Source of the DNA: Nitrospirota bacterium
GTDB lineage: Bacteria; Nitrospirota; Thermodesulfovibrionia; UBA6902
NCBI GenBank assembly: GCA_016222905.1
Contig: JACRPZ010000005.1
Coordinates: 66,346 to 130,345 of the forward strand
Length of the DNA stretch: 64,000 nucleotides
Reading direction: 5' to 3'
In this document: positions 36,530 to 46,075 of the stretch, one piece after another
Layout of the letters: every line of letters starts with the position of its first letter
How positions within the stretch are numbered: position 1 is the first letter of the stretch
The notes under the pieces: model-generated
What the model saw: the letters and a program-made list of their open reading frames with translations, nothing else
The model's database searches: none
What the model was told of the DNA's origin: nothing
Made by a program: the position numbers and the translations under genes

Positions 36530-36943
36530 ATGGCTACTACAAAGTTAGGATTTATTGTTCAGAGGCCGCCGTACAAAAGTGAAAATCCAAAACTTGCATT
36601 AACACATGCTATAGCATCTCAGAGTGTAGAGGTATACCTGAATGACGGTGATATCGTCACCGCAGAGGTTGCTTTTATAGGCGACGGGGTTCTGAACTGC
36701 CTGAAAGACCAGAAGGCAACAGAACACTACGATATCTCAAGCACAGAGTCGCACATCAAGATGTCGCTCCTTGTTGATGTCAAAGTCTTTGTATGCAAGG
36801 AAGACCTCGCAAAATTCGGGCTTACTGAAAATGACATTGTAATGGATGCGGAAGAGTTCGGAGCTGACATGACCGTCAGCGTCGTTCCTTTCCAGGAGAT
36901 AAACAAGATGATGGAAGACGTGAATCACCTTTTATTCTTTTAA
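36530..36943 (+). CDS. DsrE/DsrF-family sulfur relay protein
   Basis: 137 aa. KLGFIVQRPPY...IGDGVLNCLK...VFVCKEDLAKFGL pattern of the DsrE/F family. 2-nt gap to the previous gene. Confidence 0.5.
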   Translation: MATTKLGFIVQRPPYKSENPKLALTHAIASQSVEVYLNDGDIVTAEVAFIGDGVLNCLKDQKATEHYDISSTESHIKMSLLVDVKVFVCKEDLAKFGLTENDIVMDAEEFGADMTVSVVPFQEINKMMEDVNHLLFF

Positions 36944-36972
36944 TTTTCAATTTAAATAAAGAGGAGGCAAGC

Positions 36973-37224
36973 ATGGCTGATTTAAAATCTCAAACACCAA
37001 CAGATACTCTCGACGTACTTGGAAGGGTATGCCCCTATCCGCTCGTACTGACAAAAAAGACTCTTCAGAACGCGGGGAGCGGCGCTTTGCTTAAAGTGCT
37101 CTGTGATGCTCCTGCATCTGCAGAGGATACAATACCGAAGTATTGCGAGAAGCAGGGATATGAATTCGAGTTAGTTAAACTCGATGACAAGGGCTATTGG
37201 GAAATATACATACAGAAGAGTTAA
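36973..37224 (+). CDS. tusA: TusA/SirA-like sulfurtransferase
   Basis: 83 aa. LDVLGRVCPYPLVLTKK contains the conserved CPxP motif. Confidence 0.75.
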   Translation: MADLKSQTPTDTLDVLGRVCPYPLVLTKKTLQNAGSGALLKVLCDAPASAEDTIPKYCEKQGYEFELVKLDDKGYWEIYIQKS

Positions 37225-37254
37225 TGTCTGCTGATTGACGCAGAGAAAAACACC

Positions 37255-37291
37255 AAAAAAAGCGTTCCGAGAAAATCGGAACGCTTTTTTG
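37255..37291. terminator. Bidirectional rho-independent terminator
   Basis: AAAAAA-AGCGTTCCGA-GAAAA-TCGGAACGCT-TTTTTT, a perfect 10-bp stem flanked by A and T runs. Lies between convergent tusA-like and ferredoxin genes. Confidence 0.8.
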
Positions 37292-37307
37292 TTCGGCTAT
37301 TCGTACA

Positions 37308-37493
37308 CTACATTTCAGTTACAGTAATTGCGCCGTTAGGGCACCCTTCAACGCAGGTCAGGCAGTTTACACACTCATCAGCCTGGTACGGGTCGGACTT
37401 TCCATCAACCAGCCTAAAAACCTCTGAAGGGCAGAGATTAACACATTCCTCACACCCATCACATTTCGCATTATCAACGGTTACAATAAACAC
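37308..37493 (-). CDS. 2x[4Fe-4S] ferredoxin
   Basis: 61 aa. CDGCEECVNLCP and CVNCLTCVEGCP cluster motifs. Confidence 0.85.
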   Translation of the reverse strand: MFIVTVDNAKCDGCEECVNLCPSEVFRLVDGKSDPYQADECVNCLTCVEGCPNGAITVTEM

Positions 37494-37673
37494 TCTTTCT
37501 TCCTCCTTGAAAAGTTATATTTAATTATTTAGATCTTATTATAATCCATTATCAAAATTAATTTCAATAACAATCATGTGCCTGAAAATCATCAATTTCC
37601 CTTTATCCAGCCCTTTGCAAAATACTGTATTTACTGATAAAATTTCATCAGGATATAAGAAAAAGGAGCTGCT

Positions 37674-38252
37674 ATGTTCAAATATACCGGAATAAACCAT
37701 ATAGCTTTGGCAACAGGCGATATGGACAGCACCATAAGATTTTGGAGAGACTTGTTAGGCATGAGATTAATAGGGGGATATGGCAAACCTGGAAACAGGC
37801 AGTACTTTTTGGGGCTTACAGACAATGTCCTGATATCTTTTTTCGAATGGCCTGAGGTTAAGCCTGTGCCTGACAAGGATCCCGGCAGGCCTGTCAAAGG
37901 ACCTTTCAGCCTTGATCATGTTGCAATTGAGGTGAAAGATGAGGAGGAGCTCTGGAAGATTAAAGAGAGTTTGGAGGCGGCGAATGTCTGGGTAAGCGAG
38001 GTCATTGATAATGGCTTTATTCATTCAATATTCTCAACCGACCCCAATAACATTCAGCTTGAGTTCTGTAGCAGGGTAGAGGGAGTTAATATGGATGAAT
38101 TGAAAATGATTGACTCTCACCCAACTCCTACGGCCCTGGAAGGTCCTGAGCCTCAGGCCGACAAATGGCCGCCTGTTAAAAACCCCCTACCACCGGATGA
38201 ACGTAAGATATACCCCGGGGAATTAAAGAAGATGCTGAAAGATAAAAAGTGA
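37674..38252 (+). CDS. VOC-family (glyoxalase/dioxygenase fold) protein
   Basis: 192 aa. GINHIALATGDMDSTIRFWRDLLGMRL and LDHVAIEV are typical VOC beta-alpha-beta modules. Confidence 0.65.
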   Translation: MFKYTGINHIALATGDMDSTIRFWRDLLGMRLIGGYGKPGNRQYFLGLTDNVLISFFEWPEVKPVPDKDPGRPVKGPFSLDHVAIEVKDEEELWKIKESLEAANVWVSEVIDNGFIHSIFSTDPNNIQLEFCSRVEGVNMDELKMIDSHPTPTALEGPEPQADKWPPVKNPLPPDERKIYPGELKKMLKDKK

Positions 38253-38362
38253 GAGCTGAGCTCTGCTTGATGGCCAACGATTCACGCTGAAACCGCAAAC
38301 ACTTCCTTAAGCTCTGGAATATTTTCTCCATTTTCAAGCCGGTCAGCCATGAGAATAGGATT

Positions 38363-38587
38363 ATGAAGAACCTAATCTGCTACTGTTTCGGTTACTCCGA
38401 GGCGGACATAACAAAAGATGTCCGGGAGAATCAGGGAAGATCCCTGATCCTGGAGAGGATACTTTCCGAGAGGAAGAAAGATTCTTGCAATTGCGTCGAA
38501 ACTAATCCAATGGGGCGTTGATGTTTGAGCGATGTCCGCCGTGTTGTGGACAAAGCAAAAGAAGAAATGAAGCTTAAAGACACTTAA
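38363..38587 (+). CDS. Small Cys-rich (BFD-like?) protein with in-frame TGA at codon 53: candidate selenoprotein, or else a 52-aa protein or pseudogene
   Basis: Hand translation: MKNLICYCFGYSEADITKDVRENQGRSLILERILSERKKDSCNCVETNPMGR-TGA-CLSDVRRVVDKAKEEMKLKDT-TAA. The TGA is at 38519-38521 and is directly followed by a Cys codon. A hairpin (TGTCC-N10-GGACA with outer pairs) starts about 11 nt downstream. Confidence 0.35.
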
Positions 38588-38698
38588 GGTGTGCGTGAAG
38601 TTTCCCTGGTTTCACGGACACCCCTGAGGGTTAGGTAGCATCAGTGCTGACCAAAAAATAGTTAGACAATTCCAGGCATTTGATGATACCTTATTTAA

Positions 38699-39508
38699 AT
38701 GAAAGCAGGCTGTTACCAGTTTGATCCGGCATTCGGGGAAAAAGAGGAAAACCTAAACAGGGTTGCGTCCGCATTAAAAAATGCCGACCTGAATCTCCTT
38801 GTCCTGCCCGAGTTCTTTGCGACAGGTTATCAATTCAGGTCAAAAGATGAGGTGGCAGAGCTTTCTGAATCTGTTAAGAGCGGACAGACAACCGAGTTTC
38901 TATGCGGCATGTCCAGAGAAAAAGGCATCTATATTGTTGCCGGACTTCCTGAAAGGGACGGGGATAAGTTTTATAACTCCGCTATTCTCACGGGGCCAGA
39001 CGGCTTAATGGGTGTCTACCGCAAGACACATCTATACTTTGAGGAAAAACTCTACTTCAGTCCCGGAGACACCGGATTTAAGGTGTGGGATACGGAGATT
39101 GGACGCATCGGTATAATGATATGCTTTGACTGGTTCTTTCCGGAAGCGATGAGGTGTCTTGCATTGAACGGCGCGGAGATCGTGGCACACCCTTCAAACC
39201 TTGTCCTGCCTCATTGTCCTGGCGCGATGCCTCTGAGATGCCTTGAAAACAGGGTGTACGCTATCACCGCAAACCGCATCGGAACTGAAGATAGAACAGA
39301 AGGCAAACCATTGAAGTTCATAGGGCAGAGCCTGATAGTCTCTCCAAGAGGTGAAGTATTGGCAAATGCCCCGGCAGAGGAAGAAACACTTCTTATCGCG
39401 GAACTCGATCTAAAGTCGGCAAGAGATAAGACGTTAAACCCGCTCAATGATATATTTAAAGACAGAATGCCGGAGGCTTACGAAGCAATATTAAAGAAAG
39501 AGCGATGA
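38699..39508 (+). CDS. Carbon-nitrogen hydrolase (nitrilase superfamily)
   Basis: 269 aa. Glu-Lys-Cys triad contexts LPEFF, YRKTHLY and MICFDWFFPE. Confidence 0.8.
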   Translation: MKAGCYQFDPAFGEKEENLNRVASALKNADLNLLVLPEFFATGYQFRSKDEVAELSESVKSGQTTEFLCGMSREKGIYIVAGLPERDGDKFYNSAILTGPDGLMGVYRKTHLYFEEKLYFSPGDTGFKVWDTEIGRIGIMICFDWFFPEAMRCLALNGAEIVAHPSNLVLPHCPGAMPLRCLENRVYAITANRIGTEDRTEGKPLKFIGQSLIVSPRGEVLANAPAEEETLLIAELDLKSARDKTLNPLNDIFKDRMPEAYEAILKKER

Positions 39509-39513
39509 TCTCT

Positions 39514-39750
39514 TTAATCTTTTAGAATCTTTTCCTTTACCATTTCCTGCCTATGTTCATCCCCTGTTTCGGTTACATCAGAGATCATAAATAGGACACC
39601 GTACAGAAGGAATACAATGACAGCTATCGCAATGAAAATCTTAGGCTTGCGAAATATCAGCAGGAGGAAGACCAGCACAAGACCAAGAGTAACGTAGATG
39701 TTGCTTTGCAGGTAAGTTGCTATGTCGTTAATAGTCTCGGAAAAGTCCAT
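39514..39750 (-). CDS. Small two-TM membrane protein
   Basis: 78-aa ORF with two hydrophobic helices. No family recognised. Confidence 0.35.
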   Translation of the reverse strand: MDFSETINDIATYLQSNIYVTLGLVLVFLLLIFRKPKIFIAIAVIVFLLYGVLFMISDVTETGDEHRQEMVKEKILKD

Positions 39751-39892
39751 AAGAAACCTTTTGAACTATTAGTTAAAAAACCTATATTCAAAGTATAGGA
39801 AATCTATCCCAAAAAGTCCACCGAATGACTAATTATGGCTTCTTAGGAAGTTTGCTATTTAGGGGTATTTTAATTTATGATTGGCACAAGTC

Positions 39893-41557
39893 ATGAAAAT
39901 CTCGCTTTCTAAATGTTTAACATATCTGCTTCTCTTTCTATTAACTGGCTGTGCCTCGCCGAACAGCTATGTCCCTGACTATCGCTATGAGCTTAATGCC
40001 CCTCCTTCTCCCATAAGCGTAAACAAAGACTCCCCCGCTCTTCCCCCTGAAGAAAAAGTCCTTGCCGAACCGGCAGGCGCTTCAGTTGATGAGGAGCAAC
40101 CCGCAAAACCTCCTGTCTCGGTGGATTCCAAGACGAGCGGCGATTTAAGCGCGGGTAAAAAAGAGGTTCAGAATATGCTTGATACGGCTCTGGACTTATG
40201 CGATGCATCTCAGGAGTATTGGTCTAAGGGAGAGCTCGAAGAAGCAATTGATGCCCTTGACGAGGCTTACAGCCTTGTCCTGAAGGCTGAAACTGACGAC
40301 AATCCTGAGCTGTTTCAGCAAAAAGAGGATCTAAGGTTTACGATCTCTAAAAGGATAACGGAGATTTACGCCTCCCGCTATACGGCTGTTGACGGCAGGC
40401 ATGACGCAATCCCCATGATAATGAATAAGTATATTGAGGATGAGATTAAATTCTTTCAGGGGCCTGCGCGTGATTTCTTTATGGAGTCATATAGGCGGTC
40501 AGGGAAGTATCGTGAGGCTATGCTAAAAACCTTAAAAGAGGCGGGACTTCCCGCAGAGCTCTCTTGGCTGCCCCTTATTGAAAGCGGCTTTAAGGTAAGA
40601 GCTCTCTCTACCGCGCGCGCCTTAGGGCTATGGCAGTTCATACCTTCCACAGGTTATAAATTCGGGCTTACAAGAGATACATGGATTGACGAGAGGATGG
40701 ATCCTGAAAAAGCCACTGCCGCTGCAATAGAGTACTTAAAAGAACTGCACAATATTTTTGGTGATTGGAGCACCGTGCTTGCCGGTTATAACTGCGGCGA
40801 GTGGGCAGTGCTAAGAATTATACAGAGGCAGCAGATCAACTACCTTGATAATTTCTGGGATCTGTATGAGAGGCTGCCGAGGGAGACAGCCCGGTATGTT
40901 CCAATGTTTCTGGCAACACTGCATATTATGAAGGATCCTAAAAAGTATGGGTTTGAATTTGAAGAGCCGTATAAGCCGACGCTTTTTGAGTCGGTCACTA
41001 TTGAAAAACAGGTTCATCTGGAGGCGGTTGCGGGCAGCCTTGTGGTCTCATTTGACAGTCTCATAGATCTGAATCCTGAACTTCGCCAGCATATTACTCC
41101 AAATACCCCTTATGCACTGAAAGTCCCTTATGGAAAAGGGGAGGAACTGCTTGCAAAACTGGAGAGCATCCCGAACTGGGCTGCGCCGGAACCGGCGACA
41201 AGAAAGGCAAGAAAGGAGTACGTTTACCATAAAGTAAGAAGAGGCGAGACACTCGCAATTATAGCCGCAAAATATAAATCAACCTTGCCGGATATTGCCA
41301 AAGCAAACAGGTTAAAGCAGAAAAGTATTGTTCATGCCGGGCAGACGCTGAAGATTCCGGTTAAAGGCGGAGCGGGCGAGAAACGCATTGCTTTAAAAGA
41401 CGAACTATTGCAGGGCGGTAAATACCGTGTAAAAAGGGGAGATTCACTCTACCTTGTAGCTAAGAAGTTCAATACAGATACAAAAACGCTAAAAAGGCTT
41501 AATGCCTTGAAAACCGCGCAACTCTATGTAGGCCAAGTGCTTAAGGTAACAAGATAG
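39893..41557 (+). CDS. Lytic transglycosylase lipoprotein with two LysM domains (MltD-like)
   Basis: The ATG at 39893 gives MKISLSKCLTYLLLFLLTGC (lipobox). SLT motifs LIESGFK and GLWQFIPSTG. C-terminal LysM repeats (YHKVRRGETLAIIAAKY, YRVKRGDSLYLVAKKF). Confidence 0.8.
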   Translation: MKISLSKCLTYLLLFLLTGCASPNSYVPDYRYELNAPPSPISVNKDSPALPPEEKVLAEPAGASVDEEQPAKPPVSVDSKTSGDLSAGKKEVQNMLDTALDLCDASQEYWSKGELEEAIDALDEAYSLVLKAETDDNPELFQQKEDLRFTISKRITEIYASRYTAVDGRHDAIPMIMNKYIEDEIKFFQGPARDFFMESYRRSGKYREAMLKTLKEAGLPAELSWLPLIESGFKVRALSTARALGLWQFIPSTGYKFGLTRDTWIDERMDPEKATAAAIEYLKELHNIFGDWSTVLAGYNCGEWAVLRIIQRQQINYLDNFWDLYERLPRETARYVPMFLATLHIMKDPKKYGFEFEEPYKPTLFESVTIEKQVHLEAVAGSLVVSFDSLIDLNPELRQHITPNTPYALKVPYGKGEELLAKLESIPNWAAPEPATRKARKEYVYHKVRRGETLAIIAAKYKSTLPDIAKANRLKQKSIVHAGQTLKIPVKGGAGEKRIALKDELLQGGKYRVKRGDSLYLVAKKFNTDTKTLKRLNALKTAQLYVGQVLKVTR

Positions 41558-41621
41558 ATGATTGTCTGACCGGCATTCCAAAAATAATATCAAGCCTGAT
41601 TCACTAAGCTACAATCATTAA

Positions 41622-42236
41622 ATGCGGATATTCTCTTTTAAACCGGACACGGCAAAAGAAGTTCTTGAAAAATCATTGAAAATCCTTAAAGCTGGCGGAG
41701 TCATAGCTTACCCAACCGAGAGCTTCTATGCGCTTGGCGTTCTTGCAGCAGATGAGGCAGCGGTTAAAAGACTCTGCCAGATTAAGAATAGACCTTTAAA
41801 CAAGCCATTACCGCTAATAGTCGGTGATATAGAGATTCTCAGGTCTGTTGTTAAATCTGTTCCTTTACAGACCGAAATCTTAATTGGAAAATTCTGGCCC
41901 GGCCCTTTAACCATTATATTTGAATCAGTGAGGGGGCTGCCTGCATTACTGACAGGAGGTTCTGACAGGATAGCTGTAAGGATACCTGGTGAAAGCGTTG
42001 CCCTTCATCTCTCAAGGCTGGCAAGGCTTCCCATTACCGCCACAAGCGCCAATCCTTCTGGGAGCGTCCCGGCAAGGAGCGCCCAGGAGGTTATAGATTA
42101 TTTTGGGGAGAGCGTTGACCTTGTCATTGATGCAGGGGAGACACCGGGCGGCAAACCCTCAACAATTATTGATGTCACAGTCACACCGCTGAAAATTCTG
42201 AGGGCGGGAAGGATAGATCTGCAAGAGTATTTATAA
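41622..42236 (+). CDS. tsaC: L-threonylcarbamoyladenylate synthase (TsaC/YrdC/Sua5 family)
   Basis: 204 aa. YPTESFYALG, KNRPLNKPLPLIV and TSANPSG motifs of the YrdC domain. Confidence 0.75.
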   Translation: MRIFSFKPDTAKEVLEKSLKILKAGGVIAYPTESFYALGVLAADEAAVKRLCQIKNRPLNKPLPLIVGDIEILRSVVKSVPLQTEILIGKFWPGPLTIIFESVRGLPALLTGGSDRIAVRIPGESVALHLSRLARLPITATSANPSGSVPARSAQEVIDYFGESVDLVIDAGETPGGKPSTIIDVTVTPLKILRAGRIDLQEYL

Positions 42237-43223
42237 GGTCATTGCCAGCAGTTTATAAATGGCCCACGCCAAAATTGCGCACGCAGGAAGTGTGAGAACC
42301 CATGCCATCACAATTCTCCCTGCGATTCCCCATCTGACCGCAGACGCTCTTTTTGTTGCGCCGACCCCGAGAATAGTTGATGAGATGATATGCGTTGTTG
42401 AAAGAGGGAGTCCAAACCTGGAGGCTATCTCTATCACTGTTCCGGCAGAAGCTTCTGCTGCAAATCCGTGAATAGGCTGCAGATGCACAAGCCTCACGCC
42501 GAGGGTCTTTATAATCCTCCAGCCGCCTAACGCGGTGCCTAACGCCATAGCTACCGCACAGAGTATCATTACCCATAAGGGAACATTGAAGTCCGGAAGC
42601 TTATAGTAGCTTACCAGCGCCATTGTTATGATGCCCATTGTCTTTTGAGCATCGTTGTTGCCGTGGCTGAACGCCATATAAGCAGCCGACACTATCTGGA
42701 GTTTGTTGAAGAATGTATTTACAAAAGCTATCGGCGATCTCCCGAACAGTCGCAGCATCAGCATCATCAGGAGAAAGCCGAGTCCAAAACCGACAATAGG
42801 GGAGACAACCAGTCCTATCAAGACCTTGTATACGCCTTTCTGAATGATAACCTCTGTCCCGGCAGTGGCAACAGCAGCGCCTAATATACTCGCTAAAAGG
42901 GCGTGGCTCGAGGATGTCGGCAGGGCGAAATACCATGTGATCAAGTCCCAGATAATGGCAGACAACAGGGCGGCTACAACAGTGGCCTGTGTGATATATT
43001 GAGCCTCTACAAGGCTTGCTCCCACGGTTTTAGCCACAGCAGTGCCTGTCAAGGCTCCGGCCAGATTCAATACAGCAGCCATGGTAACCGCTGTCTTTGG
43101 CGATAAAACACGCGTTGATACGGATGTGGCTATAGCGTTTGCCGTGTCATGAAAACCATTTATGAAATCAAAGATAGTGGCAAGAACTATTACGCATACA
43201 AGGAGAAAATAAGTATCATGCAT
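42231..43223 (-). CDS. Inorganic phosphate transporter (PiT/PHO4 family)
   Basis: 330 aa. GFHDTANAIAT and HGNNDAQKTMG signatures. Polytopic. Confidence 0.85.
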   Translation of the reverse strand: MHDTYFLLVCVIVLATIFDFINGFHDTANAIATSVSTRVLSPKTAVTMAAVLNLAGALTGTAVAKTVGASLVEAQYITQATVVAALLSAIIWDLITWYFALPTSSSHALLASILGAAVATAGTEVIIQKGVYKVLIGLVVSPIVGFGLGFLLMMLMLRLFGRSPIAFVNTFFNKLQIVSAAYMAFSHGNNDAQKTMGIITMALVSYYKLPDFNVPLWVMILCAVAMALGTALGGWRIIKTLGVRLVHLQPIHGFAAEASAGTVIEIASRFGLPLSTTHIISSTILGVGATKRASAVRWGIAGRIVMAWVLTLPACAILAWAIYKLLAMTL

Positions 43224-43839
43224 GTTTCAGGACTATACTTTCAAGGATGTTCGCAACATCTTCACATATGTCAGTAGCATCTTCGAGGTTTTCATAAATA
43301 TTCTTCCACTTAATGACAAGTATAGGGTCTTTTGTATTCTCAAACAGTCTGGCAAGAGCTTCCCTGAAGATTCTGTCAGCGGCGTTTTCAAGTCGGTTTA
43401 TCTCTATGCAGTATTCCTGTATATAAGAATATTTCTTATCTTTAAGGCTCGTTACGGCTTTAGTGATAATCTCTGTTGTGGAGAGGATGCATTTTGAGAG
43501 TTCAACCGCCTCAGGCGTAGACTCTTTTATCTTAAATAAGGTCGCCCTGTCAGCAGACGCCCATATGAGGTCAAGGACATCGTCAATGCGCGATATGAGG
43601 GAATGTATGTCTTCCCTGTCAAGAGGGGTAATAAAGGTTTTGTTAAGCCTGCGCATAACCTCATGCGTAAGCATGTCCCCTTCCTGCTCAACCTCATATA
43701 TCTCTTTTGATTTGGTTTCAGCTTTGCTGAGATCTTCCATCATCTCAACAAGAAGGACAGCCCCTTTGTTAAGGTTGCGGGCTGCTTTATCGAACATTGT
43801 ATAAAAGTCGGTCTCTTTTGGAAAGAATTTTTTTATCAC
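43216..43839 (-). CDS. PhoU-like DUF47 family regulator paired with PiT
   Basis: 207 aa, all-helical. Conserved pairing and an 8-nt overlap with the PiT gene. Confidence 0.7.
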   Translation of the reverse strand: MIKKFFPKETDFYTMFDKAARNLNKGAVLLVEMMEDLSKAETKSKEIYEVEQEGDMLTHEVMRRLNKTFITPLDREDIHSLISRIDDVLDLIWASADRATLFKIKESTPEAVELSKCILSTTEIITKAVTSLKDKKYSYIQEYCIEINRLENAADRIFREALARLFENTKDPILVIKWKNIYENLEDATDICEDVANILESIVLKHA

Positions 43840-43961
43840 AAGCTCTCCGTTATCTCAAGTATGAATTCAAGAATACTATAACATTTATTTGATGTCAACA
43901 CGGTGAAAAAGTTATTAGAAAATTAAATAGCTTGTGAGAAATCGGGAAGTTTTTCTGGTCT

Positions 43962-44855
43962 TTAACCGACAAAAACCTTCAGCTCATCTGCCAGTGTTGG
44001 CTGTTTATAGCCGAGACTTACAGCTTTTGAACTGTCAAGTGAGAGGTCGGGTGGTCTTGAGGCGGGCATAGCAACATCTTTTTGCATACACGGCGTCAGC
44101 ACAGCATTCTGCAGACCTAAAAGATTCTGCACCAGCTTCCCGAAATCATACCTGGAGATGCGCTCTCTGCCGCCAAGATGCAGTATCCCGCTCAACTTTT
44201 CAAGGGCGAGGAGGAGCCCTTGAGAAGCGGTCTTTCCGCTGACAGGGGTTCTATACTCATCTGTGAAGAGTTTAAGCTCCCCGCCCTCTCTCATAGCCTT
44301 TATCATCGGCTGGATAAAACTCGCTGATGCAGGGCTTGGAAGACCGAACATCAGGGGCATGCGGCAGACAGCGGTCTTTGGATAGCGCTTCAGCATCCCC
44401 TCCTCGGCACATGCCTTCTGCTCTCCGTAAATATTGATCGGAGAGACAGGGGCATCTTCCTTATATGGAGGGGTCAATCCGTTAAAGACGCTGTCTGTTG
44501 AGGTGAATACGCACGGGATCTTGTGATCAGCGCAAAGCCCTGCTGTATATATGGAGGCATCAAGATTTATCTTTTCTGATTCTGTCCGGTGAGTCTGGCA
44601 ATAATTAGGATTAGAGGCTGCTGCCGTATGAATAACCGCATCAGGACGGACTTCATGAAACATCTTCTTCAGGCTATCGTAATCAGTGAGATCAATCCTG
44701 ATGATCTTAACTTGCTCTATCTCTATCGGATGAGAATAAACCGTTCCGTATATATCCCATTTATCTTTTGCTTCCTGACAGAGGTTCCAGCCCAAAAAAC
44801 CGCTTGCGCCCGTTACGAGCAATCTTTTCTTTGGTATTGTAATCTTCTCTTTCAT
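43962..44855 (-). CDS. NAD(P)-dependent sugar-nucleotide reductase/epimerase (RmlD-like SDR)
   Basis: 297 aa. LLVTGASGFLGWNL Rossmann motif and YGEQK (YxxxK). Confidence 0.7.
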   Translation of the reverse strand: MKEKITIPKKRLLVTGASGFLGWNLCQEAKDKWDIYGTVYSHPIEIEQVKIIRIDLTDYDSLKKMFHEVRPDAVIHTAAASNPNYCQTHRTESEKINLDASIYTAGLCADHKIPCVFTSTDSVFNGLTPPYKEDAPVSPINIYGEQKACAEEGMLKRYPKTAVCRMPLMFGLPSPASASFIQPMIKAMREGGELKLFTDEYRTPVSGKTASQGLLLALEKLSGILHLGGRERISRYDFGKLVQNLLGLQNAVLTPCMQKDVAMPASRPPDLSLDSSKAVSLGYKQPTLADELKVFVG

Positions 44856-44931
44856 GAGGTTTCAGAAAAGATGAATAATGGCTCCATTATGAGCCATTAT
44901 TCAGGTCATCTAAGGAAAGCAATTTCAGGGG

Positions 44932-45933
44932 TTATAAAGTTATATCTAAACTCGCTTCAACGCTGTTTTCTTTAATGTCAAAAGCGCTTATCCTGACCCT
45001 TGCCTGCTGAGGCGTATAAGGCAGATGAAGCTCATGAAAACGGAACTGGACAAGATAAGCCTCTTCTCTGGCATTAAAGACTGCCGGACCTACCTCTATA
45101 CCGTTAAAGTCGGGATTGGTGAGGTATTGATCCGGATTGTTTTCAGGTGTGTAAATATAATTCCACAATTCAATGTCATAAGATTGAGATGCAAGGCTTA
45201 CTTCAGAGCCGCTTGATATGTCAAAGACTTCAACTTTGACCCGGTTAAAGTCAAGTTCATTTGAAGGCGAAGAGACCTCCGCCTCTACCTCTGGAGATAA
45301 AGTATTGGAGAAATCAGGGTCGCCCGCAAAACTTATGCTCAGATTCAAAGTATCCTGATACGGCATGGCTTTCCAAGGGTTTATACAGTTTTTCTGATAA
45401 ATGCCGTTATCGCGTATCTCAAGATGCAGATGGGCAAAGCCGCTTTCACTTGCGCCGGTATACCCTATGATAGCGCCTTGGCTGACATTAGCCCCAGCCG
45501 AAACGGCAACAGAACTGAGATGCATACTGTTGGAATAATAGCACCCTCTGTTGGCACATGTCATTGGGCCGCTTCCGGGTTTATAATGCCTGATCTGGAC
45601 TAACGTATCAGAGTAAGATGAATAGTTTCCAGCCAGCCTTACAACTCCGTCAGCAACGGCATGAACAGGCGTGCCGAGTGGAGTTGGAATGTCAATGCCG
45701 CGGTGAAAATCATAAATGAAATTTTCAGAAGCTTTTAAACGGGGGCCAAATACAGATGACATAGGAAGGTCAGGCGTGGTGGTTCCTGAGAGGGGCCAGA
45801 TATGCGGCAGGTATCCTGCGGCATTTACAGTTGAGACAATGCCTGTCAAAAATGAGAGAGTCAGTAATAAAAAAAAGAGTCCGCAAACTTTCTTTTGTAA
45901 CCCTGATAACCGTCTCATAATAACCCTCCTCAT
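44932..45933 (-). CDS. M23-family metallopeptidase (secreted)
   Basis: 333 aa. Signal-like N-terminus, HRGIDI (HxxxD) and HLHLEI (HxH) motifs. Confidence 0.8.
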   Translation of the reverse strand: MRRVIMRRLSGLQKKVCGLFFLLLTLSFLTGIVSTVNAAGYLPHIWPLSGTTTPDLPMSSVFGPRLKASENFIYDFHRGIDIPTPLGTPVHAVADGVVRLAGNYSSYSDTLVQIRHYKPGSGPMTCANRGCYYSNSMHLSSVAVSAGANVSQGAIIGYTGASESGFAHLHLEIRDNGIYQKNCINPWKAMPYQDTLNLSISFAGDPDFSNTLSPEVEAEVSSPSNELDFNRVKVEVFDISSGSEVSLASQSYDIELWNYIYTPENNPDQYLTNPDFNGIEVGPAVFNAREEAYLVQFRFHELHLPYTPQQARVRISAFDIKENSVEASLDITL

Positions 45934-46075
45934 ATAGGAAATATCAGAATATTATTGTATTATTGTTATTACAAATAAACATTACATTAAATGGTATTTC
46001 GTGTCAAGGATTTGAATCACCTGCTTGACAGGCAAACATAAATTTACGAGTAAACTCTAAAAGAGGATAAAGAGA

